Shown one piece after another: positions 13,872 through 22,400 of a stretch of 64,000 bases of DNA. Position numbers and translations under genes: made by a program. Source of the stretch: Perna viridis (taxonomy: Eukaryota); the NCBI GenBank assembly GCA_037379345.1, contig CM074519.1:12874742-12938741 (forward strand), in the 5' to 3' direction. Numbering within the stretch: the stretch's first letter is position 1; each line of letters begins with the position of its first letter. The notes below the pieces were generated by a model. That model was not told where the DNA came from. It ran no database searches and saw only the letters and a list, made by a program, of their open reading frames with translations.

Positions 13872-13887
13872 TTTCAACTGCCGCCAT
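13846..13887 (-). promoter_or_regulatory. Out-of-frame upstream ORF overlapping the SMG6 start; YY1-like ATGGCGGC motif
   Basis: An ATG 16 nt upstream of the main ATG encodes MAAVENGCQIENR*. Whether it lies in the transcript is unknown. Confidence 0.4.
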
Positions 13888-14088
13888 ATCGAATCTCCAC
13901 ACTAAAGAGTTAGTGTGGGATCATCCAAACGAAAGGACGAGTACGAATGGGAACGGAAAATTGGTATGGAAAATAACAACGCGATATTGTTGGGGAAAAA
14001 CATCAGATTTCAACCTGATATGAGCTTCCAAAAACATTTTTCAACAACAGAAATTGATCAAAATTTTTTAAAAATTATAATTTTATAG

Positions 14089-14715
14089 GGTCTAAAATGT
14101 GTAACCCGTACCCGTACCCGTACCAACTTTTCCCCGTACCCAAATAATGGTTAGCCAAAATATTCTTTCTTACGGATATGGATATTAAGAACTGCATGAG
14201 GTGTGGAAAGTCCGTTTCAATTCACGTCTAATCACGAAAATGATGTATATTTTTCTAATGTTTCTTGTTTGATCGGTTTTCTGAAGCCAAAAGGTCTAAA
14301 ATTTGTAACCGGAAGTTGCCATACCAAACTAATTATTGACTATTTCTCACTTTCCTATCCAAATTTTACGGTTTTCTAAAATCATTAAGGAGTTAAAACT
14401 TTACTCTAAGACTTTTGATAAAGTTTTGAAAGATTTAATATTGTTTTAAAAATTAAGTGATTGAATTTGAATTCCGTAGCGTACCTAACGACAATCCCCG
14501 TACCAGCAAAGAATGGATACGATCTTATCCAGAATGAAAAACTAAGTCTCATATACAGAGTCAGATGCGATTTTGATTTTGATTTATCGTCAATGAAAAT
14601 TTTGATAATATCATGATGTTCCATGCATGTCAAATATGCATTCAAATTGTACAGATAACAAAAATAACGGACTTTGATTTTGGGTACGGGAATTTCGGGT
14701 TACACATTTTAGACC
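14089..14715. mobile_element. MITE-like element upstream of the SMG6 start
   Basis: Perfect 20-bp inverted repeats GGTCTAAAATGTGTAACCCG (14089-14108 / 14696-14715). Subterminal CCCGTA repeats and a third degenerate TIR copy near 14292. Confidence 0.75.
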
Positions 14716-15429
14716 ATACCTTATAATTTGTATAAAGACGGGCGTGTCGGGCTTACAGGTCCCCCAACAAGATTTGGATTTTTGGGGACACGATCTCTTG
14801 ATTTTTACAAGGAGTTATGCTATTTATAAATCCTTGATTTTTCACAAATTTATTTATATTAACGCCTCTAAAACCCGAAGTCGCGGACCGCGCTTTTGTA
14901 GTACAATTACCGGGTGGATCCGTAGACTCTAATGTTCATTATGTGATCAAAAGGGTCATGATCATGATGTAAAAATAATTAGGGAAATCAACCATAAAGA
15001 CAGTCCGGCTGTACCAAGAGGCTAGTTAATTATATATTTGGTTAAATGTTAACCATTAACCTCTAAAAGACTACAATTGACTATATCAAACTAAACTTTT
15101 AAAAGCTAGATTTCAATTCAATGCAAAGGAAACAGAAGTAATGAGGCTTCATCGTGTTGGAAACTAAATGTAGACGGGAATGAAATTAAGCGAGGGGACA
15201 AATTAATTTACATAGGAAAACCCTTAATTACTAAATGATTCCACACAGAAAGATATATAAAAACAGATTGACAAATGCGAGAACAGAATTTTACGAGCTG
15301 AGAAACATTAGGTAATAAAAACAGTACATCAGGAAAAACAAAGTAAAACTGTTTAACAGCATCGTAAAATAAGGTCAAGTATTTGGCGACAAGAGTAAAT
15401 TCAAGTTATTTCTACTTATTAGCTGATTT

Positions 15430-17055
15430 CTCTGTCAGAGTGGTTAAAGGCCGTGAGGTCATTAATTTTGAAACGAATGAAAGTTTTAAGTAGGTCAATT
15501 GAGTGCCAAGGCTACATCAGTTTTCAAAGACCCCGATGTAGCAAAAAATATTGTCTACTATACATGACAAATATGTTGTCTTACCAACAGACAAAGCCCA
15601 AAACAACATTGTTTTTGTATGCAAAACGTTTTACATCCAATGTTTATTATCATAGGTAGACGTAGAAAATAATAGCAGTGATATGACCTATACTGCTACC
15701 ACACTCTCCAAAGAAAAGATTGTGGAAAACCATAAATCTTTGCTATCCTCTTTTGGTCTCTCTACCAAGGACGATGATTGTGATTTACCGTCTATGTACT
15801 GGATTCATAAACTCCACCAAAATCCATACAAACAACGTTTCACAGCTGGATCTGCACAATGTACCACCAAACCTCTTTCAAAACTTTTAACTTCTATACT
15901 CACAACTGTCAAAGTGGGTCTGCAGTCCTAACACCGCATTCGTTACTACCGTAGTGGTATTAATTCAATGTGGATCCTGAAAAATTCGAAAGATCTTTTG
16001 GAGACAATCAGTTCAAGACTATTATCTGAATATAATAGCATTAAAACGTATGGTTTTTCTATCCCCATACTCAAACCTCGACTTAAAACATTATACATCG
16101 TTGTTTTTCCAAAAAAGATGGTACACCTAGATACAGATATATAGTTCTTGGTAGAGATTCCGAATACTTTGCAAGAAATAATTCCAAGAACAAATTGTGC
16201 TCCTTTACTTGCTGAATATTCCTTCACTCTTATAAGGCTGACTTTATACCTGATCTGATCCGAAAGAAAGAATATCGTTTGGCTAGATCCTTTAATCTCA
16301 GTTTCTGCAATGTAGATGATGTATTATCTTTAACAATCCTAATTTCGGGGATTTGATACATCGCATCTATCACAAATAACTTGAGATAAAGGATACTACA
16401 GACACTGTGAAGTCAGCCTCATATCTTGACCTACACTTAGAAATCGATGGTAAAGGAAAACTATTGACCAAACTTTACGACAAACGTGATGACTTTTCAT
16501 TCAGAATTGTCAACTTTCCTTTCATCTGTGGCAACATCTCTTCAGCACCTGCGTATGGAGTGTTCATATCACAACTCATACGTTATGCCAGAGCTTGCCG
16601 AAACTACACAGACTTTTTGTATCGCGCTAGAACTCTAACAAATAGGCTTCTGGAACAGGGTTATGTTGCTACAAGATTGAAGTCACCACTACAAAAGTTT
16701 TTTGGTCATCACCATGAACTCGTGGATCGTTATGGTGTATCCATCTGCACCATGAAAACTAATTTATTCAACGTGTCATAGTTTTCCTTTCCTCGTTTGT
16801 CCACCCTGGACTTGACTTTTTATGAGCAACTCGGTGGGTGTTTCTGGAAAAGCAGAGGACGTTTACCCTAACGGTGCACCTGATCAATGCTCCCAGTTTC
16901 TAGTGGAGTCCAAGTTCCTCATTTGCTTTTGTTACTTTGTATGTATGATTTTAGTTACTTTATGTTCTTTGCTGTGTATGTCTGTTTTCCATGTCTGGTC
17001 TTTGTCCCTGGATTACATATTTTATTACCGCTATAACCTTGGTTCCCTGAATTAC
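15430..17055 (+). mobile_element. Decayed, 5'-truncated Penelope-like retroelement (RT pseudogene plus 3' region)
   Basis: Frameshifted fragments in order: LPTDKAQNNIVFVCK, LPSMYWIHKLHQNPYKQRF, MWILKNSKDLL, TNCAPLLA, VDDVLS, YLDL...KLYDKRDDFSFRIVNFPF...PAYGVFISQLIRYARAC. These are typical PLE RT motifs. No C-terminal GIY-YIG is seen. Confidence 0.8.
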
Positions 17056-17340
17056 TATTTCTGTCTGTTGTATTTCTGAAAACAAACTGGTAAGTTATGA
17101 AACATACTATAAAAGTAACAACTCGATATGATGATTACTATACAGAAAAGAAAGTAAATATTGAATATATGAAAAACATATTCTAGTGGTGGTGGTATTA
17201 AAACGTAAATGTCACAGAGACGTAATTTTTTTCCATAAAACAATAAGAACAAATATTTATAAATCTGTATATGAACTCTTATTTATATCATGTATTTTTT
17301 GCGTATGAAAATAATTTGTTTAAATAAATATATAAATGTA

Positions 17341-17865
17341 AACACTTTTAATATCACGGTGGACCCTGCATTGTGACAGACCCAGAGTTATGTGACTCCG
17401 GTAATGCCAGTACTACGAAGAAGGTTGAACTTACAAGTGGTAGGTGCTTGCGCATGATCTAATTCTTTTTAGAACCATTGTGTCACAAACGTTTTATTAG
17501 TATGCATGCACTTTACATCAGCAGTGAGTGCTAAAATAAAGGTGCCAAAAATTTGCCCTCGATATAGTTGCATTTGAAAATTCGACATAGAAGAGCTCTT
17601 CTGTGTGTTTGCTTGATCCAAATGAGCACAGAGTACTAACACTCAGGATGTAGGAATGAATTATCCTTTAAAATAAAAATAAGTGTCAGGAAAACACATG
17701 ATATCACCAAATGTAACATGTATTGCAAAATGTAAACAGAATAAAAACCAAGGAGGAGACAATCAAATCAGTTTTGTAAGCAGATGTAAGGAAAATTGTT
17801 ATAGCCGTCTTTTCTACGGTACGACTAATTTGCATATTGACAACAGTTTCGGTACGTTTCATTTG
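17341..17865 (+). repeat. Old, diverged, internally deleted copy of the 1180-bp array unit
   Basis: Collinear anchors shared with the unit: AACACTTTT, TACTACGAA, TGCTTGA, TTTAAAATAAAA, AACATGTA, CAAAATGTAAA, GAATAAAAACCA, ATCAAATCA, and a block identical at 50/53 positions (17810-17862). Confidence 0.8.
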
Positions 17866-17866
17866 A

Positions 17867-18251
17867 TTTGATATTCAATTAGTTAACAAGTTCAGACGTA
17901 CTGTTATATTGTTCTTAATTTCGTTATTTTGTAAAACGGTTTGGTTGAGCCGTAAAGTAAAAAAGTTTGAAAAGAAATGTGGGACAAGTAAAACTATTTA
18001 TATGAAATTTTTAAATGAACTTAAAGTTCGTATTACTGCTGATTTTTATAGATTTGATAGACTACGATTTAATGAATATTGGAGACAGACTGATCTTTTC
18101 TGTAATGTCAATGATGAAGAATTGAAAATTATTTTTTGTTGATTCTATTAATTGTACAATGTCCTATCTGTGATATATTGATTTTATGAACTTGTTGTAC
18201 AATCGATATTATGATTTGTGGAATAAAATGTTTGAAATATAAAAAAAAAAA
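17867..18251 (+). mobile_element. 5'-truncated Tx1/L1-clade-like non-LTR retrotransposon 3' end with poly(A)
   Basis: Open frame ...ILFLISLFCKTVWLSRK...FLNELKVRITADF...FNEYW...LFCNV..EELKIIFC* resembles Tx1-type ORF2 C-termini. It is followed by a short 3' UTR, AATAAA (~18222) and an A-run (18240-18251). No TSD found. Confidence 0.6.
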
Positions 18252-19450
18252 GAGTATGGCTGAGGTTAAACGACTTCATCATAGCAAACCCAACACTTTT
18301 CTCTATATCTAGGACCACGGGGGGTTCCTCTCTCTAATTTAAAGAATACTATATTCTTACAGACAGATCGGTGAAGCTTGTTTCGCAACTAATTATACTA
18401 CGAACAAGCCTTAATTTGCAAGAATACGGTGTTAGCGCCTCAACAATTTTTTTATCTGTGAACTGTGTTACTAACGGAAGAAAAATGCACATAAACTTGA
18501 TCAGAGGAGTGAATGCGTAAATTCCGCTAGGTTTTCCTCCTCGACGGCGTTCTAGTTACTTTGATGTTTTAACATAAATATATTCTACTGAAAGAGTCAT
18601 TAAGTAGTGTTACCATTATTCAGTCACAAAAATCTGTCTATTTGATGTTTATTCTGTGTCTTGAAACTAACAGCACAGTTAAAGTGAGCACGTGCCTATG
18701 CTTTGAGTACAGAAAAGGTCACTATTTTGTCTTAAACCCTACAGGCCTCCGAATTTTGTATACCTCTATAGTTTATAAGTTATTTGCGACTGCTTAAAGA
18801 ATATTTTAATAGATATTTTTGCTTTTTATACTAGCGTGTCTCTGCTTGACCTACATAAGTATAAAGTACTGAATAAAATGAAAACTACTCGGGACACAAG
18901 AATAAACTGCCTTTTAAAATAAAACTACGCGTAAAGAAAACAGCTGATGGAACATGTACTACAAAATGTAAAAACGAATAAAAACCACAACGTAGATCAT
19001 CAAATCAAAGTAAGCACACGCTGGAAATGCCGTTTTAGTCATATTTAAATGCCATCAATTTCGTAGACACATTTTCTATGGTACGACTAATTTGCATATT
19101 GACAATAGTGTCGGTACGTTTCATATACGTATCCAAATTATTATGTACAGTACTGTTTAAGGAATTATAAAATGCAAAAATGAAGCGAAGCTGAAATGAA
19201 AGTATGGCCAAACGTTTGATGCAAAAGTGGCCAAAATTAACAAGGATTGGACTAATGCAAGGTCCGTTACGGGTAAATATGGTGCAATCATTAATTTTGC
19301 ACTAGAATTGACTTGAACAGACTTCCAGATAGATTAATATTCTTGGTTACATAAGATTGTCTAACTAAAATTGCCAGTGAATATTATTACTCATTTGACT
19401 TAGCCATTGTGATGCAGACGAGCTGCTCAAAGAGTATGGCTGAGGTTAAA
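18249..19450 (+). ncRNA. Putative rod-like, possibly circular, structured RNA encoded by each array unit (first unit shown)
   Basis: About 12 nested helices share an axis near 18780-18805, with many + strand G-U pairs and a hairpin across the unit junction (19394-19450). Manual pairing only; no expression data. Confidence 0.55.
19072..19124. promoter_or_regulatory. Conserved 53-nt block with a perfect octamer ATTTGCAT (19090-19097), present in every unit
   Basis: 50/53 identical to 17810-17862, whereas the flanks are much more diverged. The octamer lies between GTACGAC and GTCGGTAC arms. Confidence 0.5.
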
Positions 19451-22400
19451 CGACTTCATCATAGCAAACCCAACACTTTTCTCTATATCTAGGACCACGG
19501 GGGGTTCCTCTCTCTAATTTAAAGAATACTATATTCTTACAGACAGATCGATGAAGCTTGTTTCGCAACTAATTATACTACGAACAAGCCTTAATTTGCA
19601 AGAATACGGTGTTAGCGCCTCAACAATTTTTTTATCTGTGAACTGTGTTACTAACGGAAGAAAAATGCACATAAACTTGATCAGAGGAGTGAATGCGTAA
19701 ATTCCGCTAGGTTTTCCTCCTCGACGGCGTTCTAGTTACTTTGATGTTTTAACATAAATATATTCTACTGAAAGAGTCATTAAGTAGTGTTACCATTATT
19801 CAGTCACAAAAATCTGTCTATTTGATGTTTATTCTGTGTCTTGAAACTAACAGCACAGTTAAAGTGAGCACGTGCCTATGCTTTGAGTACAGAAAAGGTC
19901 ACTATTTTGTCTTAAACCCTACAGGCCTCCGAATTTTGTATACCTCTATAGTTTATAAGTTATTTGCGACTGCTTAAAGAATATTTTAATAGATATTTTT
20001 GCTTTTTATACTAGCGTGTCTCTGCTTGACCTACATAAGTATAAAGTACTGAATAAAATGAAAACTACTCGGGACACAAGAATAAACTGCCTTTTAAAAT
20101 AAAACTACGCGTAAAGAAAACAGCTGATGGAACATGTACTACAAAATGTAAAAACGAATAAAAACCACAACGTAGATCATCAAATCAAAGTAAGCACACG
20201 CTGGAAATGCCGTTTTAGTCATATTTAAATGCCATCAATTTCGTAGACACATTTTCTATGGTACGACTAATTTGCATATTGACAATAGTGTCGGTACGTT
20301 TCATATACGTATCCAAATTATTATGTACAGTACTGTTTAAGGAATTATAAAATGCAAAAATGAAGCGAAGCTGAAATGAAAGTATGGCCAAACGTTTGAT
20401 GCAAAAGTGGCCAAAATTAACAAGGATTGGACTAATGCAAGGTCCGTTACGGGTAAATATGGTGCAATCATTAATTTTGCACTAGAATTGACTTGAACAG
20501 ACTTCCAGATAGATTAATATTCTTGGTTACATAAGATTGTCTAACTAAAATTGCCAGTGAATATTATTACTCATTTGACTTAGCCATTGTGATGCAGACG
20601 AGCTGCTCAAAGAGTATGGCTGAGGTTAAACGACTTCATCATAGCAAACCCAACACTTTTCTCTATATCTAGGACCACGGGGGGTTCCTCTCTCTAATTT
20701 AAAGAATACTATATTCTTACAGACAGATCGGTGAAGCTTGTTTCGCAACTAATTATACTACGAACAAGCCTTAATTTGCAAGAATACGGTGTTAGCGCCT
20801 CAACAATTTTTTTATCTGTGAACTGTGTTACTAACGGAAGAAAAATGCACATAAACTTGATCAGAGGAGTGAATGCGTAAATTCCGCTAGGTTTTCCTCC
20901 TCGACGGCGTTCTAGTTACTTTGATGTTTTAACATAAATATATTCTACTGAAAGAGTCATTAAGTAGTGTTACCATTATTCAGTCACAAAAATCTGTCTA
21001 TTTGATGTTTATTCTGTGTCTTGAAACTAACAGCACAGTTAAAGTGAGCACGTGCCTATGCTTTGAGTACAGAAAAGGTCACTATTTTGTCTTAAACCCT
21101 ACAGGCCTCCGAATTTTGTATACCTCTATAGTTTATAAGTTATTTGCGACTGCTTAACGAATACTTTAATAGATATTTTTGCTTTTTATACTAGCGTGTC
21201 TCTGCTTGACCTACATAAGTATAAAGTACTGAATAAAATGAAAACTACTCGGGACACAAGAATAAACTGCCTTTTAAAATAAAACTACGCGTAAAGAAAA
21301 CAGCTGATGGAACATGTACTACAAAATGTAAAAACGAATAAAAACCACAACGTAGACCATCAAATCAAAGTAAGCACAGGCTGGAAATGCCGTTTTAGTC
21401 ATATTTAAATGCCATCAATTTCGTAGACACATTTTCTATGGTACGACTAATTTGCATATTGACAATAGTGTCGGTACGTTTCATATACGTATCCAAATTA
21501 TTATGTACAGTACTGTTTAAGGAATTATAAAATGCAAAAATGAAGCGAAGCTGAAATGAAAGTATGGCCAAACGTTTGATGCAAAAGTGGCCAAAATTAA
21601 CAAGGATTGGACTAATGCAAGGTCCGTTATGGGTAAATATGGTGCAATCATTAATTTTGCACTAGAATTGACTTGAACAGACTTCCAGATAGATTAATAT
21701 TCTTGGTTACATAAGATTGTCTAACTAAAATTGCCAGTGAATATTATTATTCATTTGACTTAGCCATTGTGATGCAGACGAGCTGCTCAAAGAGTATGGC
21801 TGAGGTTAAACGACTTCATCATAGCAAACCCAACACTTTTCTCTATATCTAGGACCACGGGGGGTTCCTCTCTCTAATTTAAAGAATACTATATTCTTAC
21901 AGACAGATCGGTGAAGCTTGTTTCGCAACTAATTATACTACGAACAAGCCTTAATTTGCAAGAATACGGTGTTAGCGCCTCAACAATTTTTTTATCTGTG
22001 AACTGTGTTACTAACGGAAGAAAAATGCACATAAACTTGATCAGAGGAGTGAATGCGTAAATTCCGCTAGGTTTTCCTCCTCGACGGCGTTCTAGTTACT
22101 TTGATGTTTTAACATAAATATATTCTACTGAAAGAGTCATTAAGTAGTGTTACCATTATTCAGTCACAAAAATCTGTCTATTTGATGTTTATTCTGTGTC
22201 TTGAAACTAACAGCACAGTTAAAGTGAGCACGTGCCTATGCTTTGAGTACAGAAAAGGTCACTATTTTGTCTTAAACCCTACAGGCCTCCGAATTTTGTA
22301 TACCTCTATAGTTTATAAGTTATTTGCGACTGCTTAACGAATACTTTAATAGATATGTTTGCTTTTTATACTAGCGTGTCTCTGCTTGACCTACATAAGT

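Noticed and set aside
38-17252. Remaining short ORFs in the supplied track
   Set aside because: They are intronic, antisense or alternative-frame to SMG6 exons, or lie within repeats, and carry no recognisable domains.
18256-18520. Repeated coding exon or small peptide (MAEVKRLHHSKPNTFLYI; minus-strand EKCWVCYDEVV; a ~60-codon stop-free stretch)
   Set aside because: The frames are short and closed, have no consistent splice pair, and are hit by 1-bp indels in some units. Differences from the relic show no codon periodicity in the segment I checked.
18500-18560. HDV-like ribozyme at CCTCCTCGACGG
   Set aside because: P3 has only 2 bp, there is no GG for P1.1, and no J4/2 or P2 partner is evident.
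18730-18745. Telomerase RNA template (TAAACCCTAC), tempting given the EST1A neighbour
   Set aside because: It does not match CTAACCCTAA, and it is mutated to AAATCCT in several units.
19245-19305. Spliced-leader RNA (GG|GTAAAT...AATTTTGC)
   Set aside because: The Sm-like site is non-canonical and lies inside the GTGCAA/TTGCAC stem. There is no supporting evidence.
18249-19428. Array unit as a 5S rRNA, tRNA or U1-U7 snRNA gene cluster
   Set aside because: Only short chance-level matches were seen (TGGCTAAG-TCAA resembling U2, GCCTTTTA resembling the U5 loop, AGATTTTTG resembling an Sm site). No full gene is recognisable on either strand. An Rfam scan would be decisive.
18249-19428. Obelisk or deltavirus-like endogenous element
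   Set aside because: Size and rod shape are similar, but there is no long ORF (Oblin or delta antigen) on either strand.
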